Origin: Raillietiella orientalis
Lineage: Eukaryota
Direction: 5' to 3'
Assembly: GCA_036172245.1 (NCBI GenBank)
Contig: JAYWIR010000012.1
Span: 3,100,001-3,164,000 of the forward strand
Length of the DNA stretch: 64,000 nucleotides
Numbering within the stretch: position 1 is the first letter of the stretch; the number at the start of each line of letters is the position of its first letter. Under the pieces are notes generated by a model that worked only from the letters and a program-made list of their open reading frames with translations, searched no databases and was not told the origin of the DNA. This document shows positions 1 to 11,123 of this stretch, one piece after another. Made by a program: the position numbers and the translations under genes.

Positions 1-600
1 CCGATTTCGATACCTCTCGGATTGCAAGTGGCAAGGATGGAGGAGCATTTCCTGGAGGGCACCCCCGTTCAGGAACAGTTGCGGCGGAATCGACTACGCC
101 GACCCGCACCTGGCACATTTCGGGGATTCAGCCCTTGAGGAAAAACGAGAGTGCCGGAGCTCGTTGCACTGGAATGCTCCGTGCTGAAAGAGCAGCACAG
201 ACCGTTTCTAGGAGAGCGGGACGCAGAGGCGTCCAGGCATTGCGGGAGGGACCACAAGCTCCTCGGGAGCAGCCCAAAATTTGGCTTCACCGAAGGAGTT
301 CCGTTTCCAGAGTGCGCAGATCAGCAACATCCACCATCTCGCGCGTCTTCCAGCCGCCAAGGAGTTTCGTCCTTCCCGCGATGGTGCAGGAAAACTCTTA
401 GATACCCGGCTGTCAGCTATCGTCACTTGCCCTCAGGTCAGACAGTGCTGCGGCAACGGGTGTAGCGGCTAGACTCGTAAGGACGACCAGAAAGGAGTGA
501 CATTTCCTGTAGAGGTCGGTCATCTTTCCGTTCACGTCTTCGTTCCTCCATAACGAGACCTTGTCCATCTTCTGAGAGCTGCCCGAATGATGCGCTTTGG
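1..600 (-). mobile_element. Decayed L1/Tx1-type LINE 3' region (zf-RVT)
   Basis: Minus-strand translation PLS*KRSVLLFQHGAFQCNELRHSRFSSRAESPKCARCG aligns by eye with the zf-RVT segment at 27810-27970 (FPLKWKHDVMLFLHWGFHCNRLR...SPNCLRSGEIESFPHLLLDC). ORF 135-401 (QPPRSFVLPAMVQENS) matches ORF 27527-27760(-) (QPPRSFVTPAIVKENS). Confidence 0.6.
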
Positions 601-1400
601 ATATGCCGTGGACTGCAGAGTTGTGGTTCTCTAGGAGAGACGCGCTGGAGCTAACTGTAGCGTGGCAACCGGAAAGGCACACCTCGAGTTTCCACATCTG
701 TGTTCGGAGACTCGTTGCCCGTGAAGACCACCGCTTCTCCGGGCGACTGCTCCGCACCGCTGTTCGCGCTCATCTATTACCATGGAGCCTCACTCGCCCG
801 GAAGAGCATCTTCTGAATGAAATGCTCCATGAAGACCCTCTGCCAGGGCAGGGAGTTTACTCGCGCGTGCGCGAGCACTTGCAAAGGTCGCCGTCACCAT
901 CGTTCGTGAGAGAAATTCACCTGCGAAATTGCAGAAACACTAAAACTTCGGTTTGCACTCAGCTCGCAGGCGCATAGACCCTTCCGGACATCCCGTTCGC
1001 AGATCTGATGTTCCTCTCGGTGCTCACGGTCGTCTCGGCGCCCCACCTTTCCGCTTCTCAGTTGCTGCACGGAGTGCCGTAGGGATGCGTGCGGCGCTCC
1101 TCCTCCCGAGATGCCAGAAAACGGGCATCTCACCTTTGCACCGGACCTTTCCTTGCAGTTCCATCCTCCGGCAGCTAAGAAGCGGAAATGTCCGATCGCT
1201 TCTGTGCTAGGAACAGGGACGTTGGATCGACTGCTGATCGGACCGTCCTGTGCAACGCAGGGTCTCGTTTATGGGCGGTCCTCCAGAACCTGAGGGACAT
1301 ACCACAGCAGCTGATGCGCAGGATGGTCATGCGCAGTCCGATGACCAATTTCCACAGGGATGGCAACGTCGAGCTGCATCTGCGTCATGAGGAACGGTGT
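600..1400 (+). mobile_element. Possible second decayed LINE 3' fragment
   Basis: Frameshifted CPxC...TLDRLL...C motif near 1185-1260 resembles the zf-RVT pattern CxxC...ETxxHL...C. No long ORF. Confidence 0.3.
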
Positions 1401-3449
1401 CCATCGAGATGGAGCGTGGCAGACAAAGAAGATAAACCATCTCTCTCGTCTCATCCTCGGTGTGGAGGAATGGGGCATAGGAACCCCGAAAAACATTTCC
1501 CCTTCCTCTCATTTCCTCGTCCAAACTACGACACTGCCCATTTTTCATTCCTTTTTACGCGTTCTCCAACTCTTCGCAGCTCAGAAGGGAAACGACCCCA
1601 AAGTCAGGAGAAAACTGCAAGGAAAGTTCCGGTGCAAAGGTGAGATGCCCGTTTGCTGGCAAAGTCAGAACCTCCTCCTGCACTTCGAGGATCAGGTGGG
1701 AACAGATGCCTTACCTGGACTAGTTCAACACTGCGTTTGTTATGTGACATGGCGATCCTTCGCAATGAGACTCCCGTAGCAGTCAGGTGTCAGACAGCGA
1801 TGCCGCATAGTCCGGTCTCCAGAAAAAGGCCAGGACCGACCAGCAACAGGAACCCGTCAGGAAGAGCCTTCGACTCAACAGTGCCTTAGCGTCACGTAAG
1901 GCGGAAGTGCGAGAGAGTTGGATTGGCACGGTAACCGAAACTGCGGTGCCGAGAGCCACGATTGCGGGTTCACACCTCCGTGTAAGCGCGCCATTGCACA
2001 AGTTCCTAACCTCGGCGACCACAGTGCATTTCCTCCTTCTCATAACACCACCAGTGCTACCACTTCTACCACACCCGTGAGTCTCTGCTCGTTTTTCGGA
2101 AGGGGCCGTGGCTCTCGGGGATTCCTTTGTCGCACCTAGTCCTTCCCCTCGCCGCACATCCCTGCAGCGCCTGTTCTTTGAGAAGCGTGGCCTCTGTTCA
2201 TGAGTTCCTTTCCTGAATTCCCCGGGACCCCAGGCATGCTGCGAAGGTCGCGCTCCCGCTGTCACCCTTTGAAAGGGAGAAGTCGAAAACCAATCCCCGA
2301 TCGCGCTGCCTTACTTTTGCTGTTTTGACTCTTCCAGGGCCTCCGTCAAGTTCCCCAAGGGGCTGGAGACACTCCATATGGTCATTCGTCCTTATCCTCA
2401 CGGAGTATGAGATCTGGTCGAAGGCGATCCGGTAGAGTTTATACCAGGAATGGGCAGACTGGGGACCACCAGCCGCATGCAGCGTTTGAGGATGAGTCTG
2501 GATCTTGACCACCAGCCGTTTTTGTAGGCAACCAGATTTCGAATTTCTTATCCGGCAGCTGAGGATGTGCTTGAGGTAGTCTTCCCACTTGCACACCACC
2601 TGCACATCGCGATCGCACCCCATTATGGATTGGTGTTTCTGGAGCAAGCTATCCGTTGAGTCACCCTACGCGGAATGAATCCTTCCATTGCTCCCTGTTA
2701 AACATCCCGATCCCAAAGTGATGGATTCAGATGCGGTTTCGCCGTCTCACTCAGAGGGTGCTGCTTAACCGATCTGATTGGTGCTCCGAGGCACGTGCTG
2801 CAAGCTCACGAGCCCAATGTGGTACTTTGATCTGGAAGATGCGTTCTACAATAAACGCGGAATGTTCTGGAGCGTTCGTCGATGGAATCAGATCTTTCTG
2901 ATGCCTTCCGAATCCACCTTACAGCCTGTGTGATTCTGCCGAACTGAGAGGACCTGGATCCCTGAGGACAGCATCAGAGGGGAAAAAAAGTCAGTAGAAG
3001 GCCACTGATGAGCGTCACTAATCCCCAGGGACTCTCCCAAACTCAAGATCCAATTCTTTAGAGACCTGCATAAGCAACCGTTTCCGTCACTCCCACTGAA
3101 GGTTGGGACTCTTCGCCTGAATGCTTTCCTGGATTCCTTTACCAGAGACTCAGAGCTTTCTCTGACAGAGCTTTTCTTTCTGCATCTGCATCTTTTGAAG
3201 ATTTTTTTTCCGGCTAAAAGCATACGTCTCTCTGGGACCACTGCAAGAGCACGGGAGTAATCGGTGGAATGCCTTGGGCCGCCTCGTGCACTTTTCCTTC
3301 CTTGGTGCGGACGCTCGCCACTGACTTCCGGGACGGAGGAGCCATGGAAGCTGAACAGAGACGGAAAATTCGCAAGAGAAATGGCGCAATCTGGAAACGC
3401 AGTTGCATCTTAATTTTTTCCCTGGGTGGCTCTTGAGAAATGATGATCA

Positions 3450-4080
3450 TCCGGTGTGTATCGAGAACGCTAAATGTTGAGAGACGGCATCTCTTTCTTG
3501 AGGTCCTTCTCTTGGATCCTAGGGCTCTTCAACTTGCTGAGCACCTCCGTGCTCTTTGGGTCTCAAGCATCCCACGGTGCGTTGCTGCACTTCGGCAGGA
3601 GATTTTCGGGAGAGGAAGTGCACAACCAATCCTCGGCATGGGATCTCCTTGCACTACCCTAGAACCCTTATATTCGTCGCCAAGTTTCGAAAGGCGAGAA
3701 GAAGACCTCGAGTGTATGTGATCCCTCGCTTCTCGTTCTGGAACACAAGTCGGGTCAGGAGTGTTTCATCGACCGCACGTATACGCTGCTGCTGAACACC
3801 ACTTGCTCCCAAGGTTTTTGAGCAGTTCTTTTCTGATTTGGGCTCCATGTCTTCTACTGATGCAGGAAGTTTCTTGGGCAATGGTTGGCAATGATTTATT
3901 CCACTCTGCACAGCTTCCGCACCTACAGTCCCATCTAAAAAGTTTATTCTTCCAGCCGTGAATAAAGTTTCTTACTGCATTGTAGATATTCCCAGTCGAC
4001 AATCGAGGATTTGTTAAGCTGTGCTTTGCGAACAAACCTATTGCGGATGAGTCGAACGGACACTCTCCGTTGAACAAAAA
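3450..4080 (-). mobile_element. Decayed restriction-like-endonuclease (R2/NeSL/Utopia-like) retrotransposon C-terminus inside the IR arm
   Basis: Frameshifted motifs RNFIHG..CRCG..SLPTI..ISRRH..I..ELL (CCHC knuckle), followed by a PD..LVF..AF..K..EV..VG-like endonuclease pattern. Confidence 0.55.
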
Positions 4081-5237
4081 GCGGGCTGTCCAACTTAAGA
4101 GACGACCTTAGGCCGAGGACTATTTCTCTGGGGATTTAAGTACACAGACCGCTCCACAGACAGATCCGAGGGGTCCTCATTAGACAATTCGTCAGCTTTA
4201 GTGAGCGTCTTTCTCCAGATTAAGGTAGACGCGACATTTCCAAAGCATTATCGCATCGAGAAGGAAACCTGCGACCACTGAGAAGCGTGCCGAACAGCCA
4301 GCAAAGCTCAACAGACACTGAGAACAACATTGGGAAAATTGGAAACCTCAAAACGATGGAAAACGCTTTCGAAGAACCTCTTCCTGGAATAGACATGACG
4401 CTGAACCGTCTTTGGAAAGTCTGCAACTCTGCAGCAAGAGGCACGTTACAAGAAGCAGCAACGGGTTGACTGGCCAACTCGCCATCTTCACAGGGGCCGT
4501 CGGGTGATGGGCGGATGATCGAAGTCGGAACGGGGATGAGGTGTCCGGACGTCTAGAGCCCCGGGAGGCACATCGGAGCATCGGACGGGTCAGCGCTTCC
4601 GCCAACGAAACGATCCTCGGGAACCACGGCATCGTGGTGAGGTCGAGCTCGAAGGAACGGAAGGGCGAAAGCGGCGATCCGCGCCGCTACCTGCAGGCGC
4701 CAGTGGCGCGAGAGGCAGCTCCAGTTGGTCAGCACGCACCCAACACGGCGGTCGTCGAATCTGAGGTGAGCCCTGGCACGCAGGAGGTGGCTCGGTAGAC
4801 GATGTCGCCCGGCGCAGGGCGTGGTCCTCCTATGTTCGCTTGGCCTTCCGAGTAAGAGAATGCCACGTTTTCCCAAGTGCACGCGCTCCCCAACCGGAGA
4901 CTCCCGTGTCGCCGAGGTAACGTATGAGCTTGCAGTTGCAGCCTCCGGTTCACCGTCGTCAACGGCCATTCCGTTTGCCCGAGCGCCTGCGGGCAAACGG
5001 AAGGGCAGCCCGCATGCTGCCCAAGTCGCATCCGGGACGTCCTACGCGGGAAGATGATCAGCCAGGCCATCTTCCATCAGCTGCGAAGCCGGACGCGAAC
5101 GTTCCGAGATCCGCTCCCGAAGGATTGATTTCTTCCAGCAGCCGCTTCCGGTGTGCGGAGTGTCCATGGAGAGGTTCGTGGCGGCTCGGCGCGGACGAGA
5201 AAGCTCTCGGAGACGAGAGAACGCCCTTCTTCCCCTT

Positions 5238-5263
5238 CAGAATTCATGATATCATGAATTCTG
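5238..5263. repeat. Perfect 26-bp spacerless palindrome (copy at 11436-11461)
   Basis: CAGAATTCATGAT|ATCATGAATTCTG read directly. Confidence 0.95.
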
Positions 5264-6451
5264 TAAGAGGAATGAACCGATTGACCGAATCTTGCGGACG
5301 CTCTTGCCCTTCGAGGACCCGTTTCTCGTGCGTGCTCTTTCGGTCTCTTTTCGAAGCGAATTCTCACGGAAGAGATGCCTCGATCGGCGAGTTCGGGGCA
5401 TCCCTCCGTGCCGTCTGCTTGGGGCTGTTTGGGATTTTGTAGGATTTTCCGACCAGGTTTTCTGGTGCCGACCGAGCTTCTGGGAGTGAACGAGGGTTAG
5501 GAACAAGAGTGCTCGAAGGATGCTCCCAAGACTTTCCATCCTCAAAGATGGCAGCCTGGAACGAAACTGTGACATGCAATGGACGACGACTGTATAGTGG
5601 AAAAACGGGGGTCAATTTTGAAAACCCACCGTTAGTCCTCTTTACTGGTTTTCTCCTGGATTGGTGATATATCTTTGCTGTGGATTGCAGACGAATTTGC
5701 AATATCTTCTATTCAAGGAAGGACTTTTGTTCAAGGGAATCGAACATTGATCAACAATGAGTAATAAGAGTCAGCAACAGTTATGTAATAATGAGAATAG
5801 AATTGTAAGCAGGACGATTCTTAATCCTGAGTCAGTTTTCTTCTTCAAGCTATTGCATGGAAGATAAGAATCTCGGAAGCTCCTGAAAGATCGTAGGCAC
5901 ACAGGGGCCGCTGATGTGCTTGGGAAAGTGAGAAACGCAGAGGTCGCTCTCTAAAGATTTTCACCTTCGAGGGATGGTTGAAAGATAGGAAACCGAGACT
6001 ACGACTCTTTCTATCCACGGAAGAATATGGATTGCAAGGTTTTAGGAGTGGATCTTTGAAGGAGCGCATTCGAGTTCAGAATTTCCTCTAGCTGTTGCTG
6101 TCTCGGGAGTGGATTTCCGACCATCGTACGGATACTGATTGGGAAAGTGAGCATCGTCATGGCTTGGCCACAAATCGCAGATTCTGAGAAATCCCTACTG
6201 ATCTACAGAGATGAGAGGAATCAACGGACCGTGGAATCATGCGGAAGCGAATTTCACGTTCGGAGACAAAAAAAAGGAAGTTGCCTACTTGCTGTGGATC
6301 ATCTGCCGCGTAAAAGCAATCGTTGGCTTTCAGATGAAGAACTATGGTCGCCATCCAAGAAAGCGGTTCTCAGTCGCCCACATCTTCCACTCGAGGATCG
6401 AGGAAGCATCCCAAACTGGGATGTGTGAAAGAGAATGAGGTCTCAGGATTG

Positions 6452-6664
6452 TTGTGGAAAAACTAGGTCATCCCCGGTGACCGTCACTCTATTCCCCACC
6501 CTCTTACTTTATCCCGGAGACCATGTTCGTCACTCTGAGGTGGATCCTTCACACCCCTATCTCTTGGCTAACCGGCACCTTCTTTCCTCACCCTTCACAT
6601 CTTCCCCAGCGATATGCTCAGCGATCTTGGATCCCCTTCGTTTTTCGTCGGCAGATGCCTGTCT
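6452..6664 (+). repeat. Diverged ~200-bp direct repeat, copy 1 (probable LINE 3' end)
   Basis: aactaggtcatccccggtga...ctaaccggcacc...tcgtcggcagatgcctgtct matches 7313-7500. Confidence 0.8.
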
Positions 6665-7312
6665 CTTCCTTATCGTATTTTTTTTTTTATTGTTGCTTAT
6701 TAATTTTCGAAAAGGCCCAGCGATGAAGGGAGTAAAGATGAGATAAGTTTCTTCGGTACCTTTGAGCTTCCGGTGAACTTCGGCATCAGATAACGAGCTG
6801 TTTCGGATGATTCCGGAAACATAATGGAATCTCCAAGCGACACAGGAGGAAACGCACACAGCGCCTCTCCGGGACAGAGAAAAGGAAGGGAATGCCAGTC
6901 GGGCACCCTTTACGAAGACAATGCAATGGGAGCACATGCAATTGCATGTGCTCCCGAATATGAAAGAAGTCAGAGCTGTCAATTCGGGGAACGATGCCAC
7001 CGTTTGTACCGTGTCGTCAGGTATTCACTGCCACCCAGCGCTTCCTCTCTCGAGAACGCAAGGACAGGTCATCTATACGCCATTCAGGTCAATCGGACGC
7101 TTTCGGTCTATACAGCACCCTCATTCTTCTTCATCTCCACACTGCTCGCAATGATCATTCTAGGAAATATCTATCAGCGACCGACCAACCATCGACCAAC
7201 CAACTATCGACCTTCTTTGAACATCAGATCCATTGGAACGGCTTCACAACCCGTTTGTTCTCAGAGCTCCCCAAGCGTTAATACTGCCACATCAGAACGA
7301 TTGGGGATCCCA

Positions 7313-7500
7313 TTGTAGACAAACTAGATCATCCCTGGTGATGGTCACTCCATTCCCTACCTTCTTATGAAACATGTTTCCTCACTGTGAGGCGAATCTA
7401 TCCCACCTCTACCTATTTGCTAACTGGCACCCTCTTTCCTCACCCTCATTTGCTCAGCGACGTTGGATTCCCTTTGTTTCTCGTCGGCAGATGTCTGTCT
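7313..7500 (+). repeat. Diverged ~200-bp direct repeat, copy 2
   Basis: aactagatcatccctggtga...ctaactggcacc...tcgtcggcagatgtctgtct. Confidence 0.8.
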
Positions 7501-9728
7501 GTCTGATGTGTTAGGATCAAAGCACTGGACTGAAAATCCACATGTAATATTTACTGATACTCCCACCCACATTCTCCTCCTCCTCTTCCTCCTCGACTGC
7601 AACGCAACGATCCTAATCTTTGTTTGCTTTTATTAGTTCCTTATGCAATTATTTTCTACTCATCTCAACAAGTGTACATAGAAAACTCCTTTCATTCAGT
7701 AATCATCTTGTGGAGTTGAAAGGAAGGGAAAAAAATAGAAAAAAACATGGGAGAGGGGGGGGGGGAATCTCATGAAATCTTACGCCAGGAAACCTGCTTA
7801 GCGTCAAGAAAGAAACGTGCGGAGCGGAAGAGAGAGAGCGCAACAGGAAAACTTCCGCATCTCGTGAATCCCGCATCGGTGAGGCCATTGTGGAAACACT
7901 GTGGGAGGAACTGTCCGCCGAGGTTGTAAGGAATCCGGATCCCGGAATGGGACGAACGGGAGTTGCACGGCCGTTTGGGATCCTCTCGAGCGAAAGCCAC
8001 TGCCGAGTTCGCCACAGCTTTTGCGATTTGACTCCCGATGCGAGAGGTCCCGATTCCTGTGGCAAACCGCCTCCGTGGCGAGGGGATGCGGTGCCGTTTG
8101 TCTGGGGAACAGGCGGATCGAAAAAGCCGGGAGAGCTTGAGCTTGCGAGAGCGCAGGTCCGTGCGATGCGCGCGATCGGGGATGCCTCGCCGTTTTCTGC
8201 AACGTGTTCTCCATGGCGAGGAAGGCTCTTTGCAAGCCAAAGGATCCGACAGCGAGGCAGCGATAATTGATCGAAGGAATTCATGCAGCTCTCCGCCGTT
8301 ATCTTAAACGCTATGTGATCGTGGTTCCTAATTTTTTGTTCTTCCCCTCCTGATTCTGGATTCCCCGTTCAGACACCTCCAGAGATCCTCGGATAAGCAC
8401 CCTCGAGATTGGATCCTGATCGGTCTTGCTGTTCGCGGTGCAAACGAGACCCCCTTCTCTGGTGGGAGAAGGGGAGTATCCACGCTTCCTCACGCCCAGC
8501 AGCGGGTTTTACATGCCGAGTTCATTCCCTGCGGGCCAGTTGCACCGAAGGGGTCTCCAAAGCGTATTCTCGAAATGAACTCATTAAATCGCGTCCGAAG
8601 AATGAATAATTCCGCTCCGTCATGCCTCAATGACATCAGATTCTTGTGGCTGGATCATCAAAGCGACGAGAGCACCATCCATACCATGGCAGCTGAGTTG
8701 ATTTGCAGATTTGTTCTTTGATCCGGATTTTCCTTTCCTTTTTTTTTTTCTTTCTTTCTCCCAGGCCATTTTTTTTTTCTTTTTCAATGCTAAGCCAGCA
8801 GAAAGTAGATGATGATGACAAGGGGGATAGATGGATAAACGGTGCCTCACCTCTGACCCGAAGTCAGGAGAGACGCACCCCGAGTTGCAGGAAGCAACGA
8901 GCTTCTACCCGGCACAGAAACTCGAATTACTCTTTCCTTCCTTCCTTCCTCCCATTCCCAGGAGGCCGTGAAACGTGTGCCCCCGGCGTTTCTCCAAATT
9001 GCGTGTTTCTTCATTTTCATCTCCCTCCTTTCAATCATCTTTTCTGTGAGCGTTTTTCTCTCAGCCACCGACCTTCGGATCAGAGCCACCAGGACCGAGC
9101 CTCTCAAGTCACGTGAATGCATGCTTATTTGCTTTGAGTGGGCGTCCCGAAGCGACCACGCTGAAAAAAAAAAAAAAAAATCGACCCGTGAGAGGTTTTC
9201 CAGATAGGCCCTCGGGAATAGCGAAATGGTCCAGCCTTGCAAGAACGCATTCAAGATTCACCGACTCATCCCTGCAGCATCCACGCTTGCTTTGCTCTTA
9301 GCGGTGCAATCGGCACAAGGATGCTGGCATGTGGCAAGAACGACAGCGACCCATCTCACGTGGGGGAAAGGAAAAATCGAAAGCGTCCTCGTCGGCGATT
9401 TTTTTTCAGGACTGCAGGGTGCTGCCCGAGTTCGCAAGCGCGTCGGGTTCGCGGTCTACGGGTTGTTCTCCTCTTCTGCTCGTTCCTAGAGGAATTTCCT
9501 TGCAGCTGCCTTCGGAATTGGCTCTTCGCCATGCGCTCGTTCGCGGAGACGGCGACCCACTCGCTGCAGAGCGACCGGATCCCTTGCGAAATCCTCAATG
9601 AGATGATGTTGGACTCCTCTTGTTGCAGTTTTTTATGTTTTGATTTACAATTAGACAACATGTTACAGGGGGAGCTCTTGACGTTCTTTCGAATTCCTCC
9701 CCTGTTCACTTGGGTCTCTCGTCGTCCC

Positions 9729-11070
9729 TCAGCATGTCAATTCCTCGGCTTCCCGTCCTTCGTCTCGCAAGAGCTGACCGCTGGGATTCTCCTGCTGAAT
9801 CTGTTTGTCGGTTCTTTGTGTAAAGCGGGCTGCATAGATGTCGCTGGAGTACCGGATGCAGGAAGCCACCGTCCGGTGCCTCATCTTCTCCGAGTAGTTC
9901 TTAAGAGTTCCAAGGTCCTGGAGTACTTCCTCGTTACCTGGATCCCAGGCTCCCAGAGAGCCAACGATGAAAGCGTGCACCCTGCATTGCTTCTCCTGTC
10001 TTCCTAGCTGGAGGGCTGCTTCCTTGTATTTTTCTTGTTTTCTCCTAGCTGCACTGGACGCCTCTCATCCACTCTCGTATGGACAGCAGATGTCCAGCAC
10101 GACCATCCGGCCTTCTTTCTCCATCACGAAGTCCGGTCTTAAGAGGGAGTTCGTTCCTGAAGCTCTCTGGTTAGTGGACACTAAGGTCCACTTTGCTTCA
10201 TCCACTGCGGCCTTGATGATCACCTCTTGAATCGAGTTGTGTTGCGCAACGGACAGATAGAAGTGTCTCCTCTTTCTGTTCAATATGTGAGACAACGTTT
10301 CGTCTTCTATCCGGCAGCGCCTACGCACGCGTTCTTCAAATCTCATCCTGAGTTCCCGACTGGTAGGACGTTTAGCCTCGCTCTGTGGATGAATTTCTAG
10401 TCCTGCAATCTCAGGTGTGGGCAACAACCACTCAACAACGTGCTGCATGAGCTCCTCATCGAAGTGTCCGTCGCATTTGCGATTCATGATTCCAATCATT
10501 AACTTTTCAACGAGGTAGAACTAGCGAAGAAAAAAAAATACGCCTTGGCTAGTCAAGCGGACCGAATGGAAAGCTGCAATCCTGAATCGAAGTCTGTGCA
10601 GCACGTTTTCAGCGCCGCTATCAATCTCCCTTAGAAGGACGATTCGGAAGAGACTGCAGTAATTTCACCACCGGAGGGAACCTTTAACAAAATCCCTGAA
10701 AACCTCATTACGATTGGTCCATAAACGCAGATCCGCAAACTCGGAAAACTGGAACCTCACCCAATTCTGATCGAAACGAGGCGCCAAGAGTCCATTGGAG
10801 CGACCGAGAATCTCGTTGATATTCCATGGCTTGCGAATCTGTTTGGCTAAGGTCACAAGAAGCTGCACAGGGTAGGGCGTTTTCTGCTACCTGTGAATGA
10901 TCCTCGCTGGAGACACCCGTCAAAACCGAGCCAGTCCGTTCGGCACGTGGCCGATCCTGGCCTTCCAGCACACGGCCTTGACAATTTTATTCTTGCTGCA
11001 ATTTTGCTGATCACATGGATGCTAAATAAATGATGGGGAAGAAGCAATACCTCCCCATTTTTCATTCAGC
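9729..11070 (-). mobile_element. 5'-truncated, disrupted Utopia/NeSL-like non-LTR retrotransposon (zinc knuckle + restriction-like endonuclease)
   Basis: D*KFIHRARLNVLP (~10350-10405), then a frameshift to CRIEDETLSHIL..QHNSIQ, LLRPDFVM..VVLDICCPYE, K.EKY and FIVGSLGAWDPGN. These are hallmark RLE-clade motifs. In-frame stop at 10065-10067. Confidence 0.85.
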
Positions 11071-11123
11071 GTCAATAAAGATGAGGTGGGGATAAAGTTG
11101 GGAGTTTCCATCCATTGCTAGAG

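Larger units (their letters stand above)
3447..5575 (+). repeat. Left arm of 2129-bp near-perfect inverted repeat
   Basis: Reverse complement of 11124-13252 (paired coordinates sum to 16699, e.g. ORFs 4220-4477 and 12222-12479). Three substitutions seen by eye, near 3469, 5366 and 5419. Confidence 0.97.

Noticed and set aside
10838..10858. TTTGGCTAAGGTCA resembling U2 snRNA 5' region
   Set aside because: Only about 13 nt, on the opposite strand inside the retroelement's coding remnant, with no branch-point-pairing or Sm-site sequence following.
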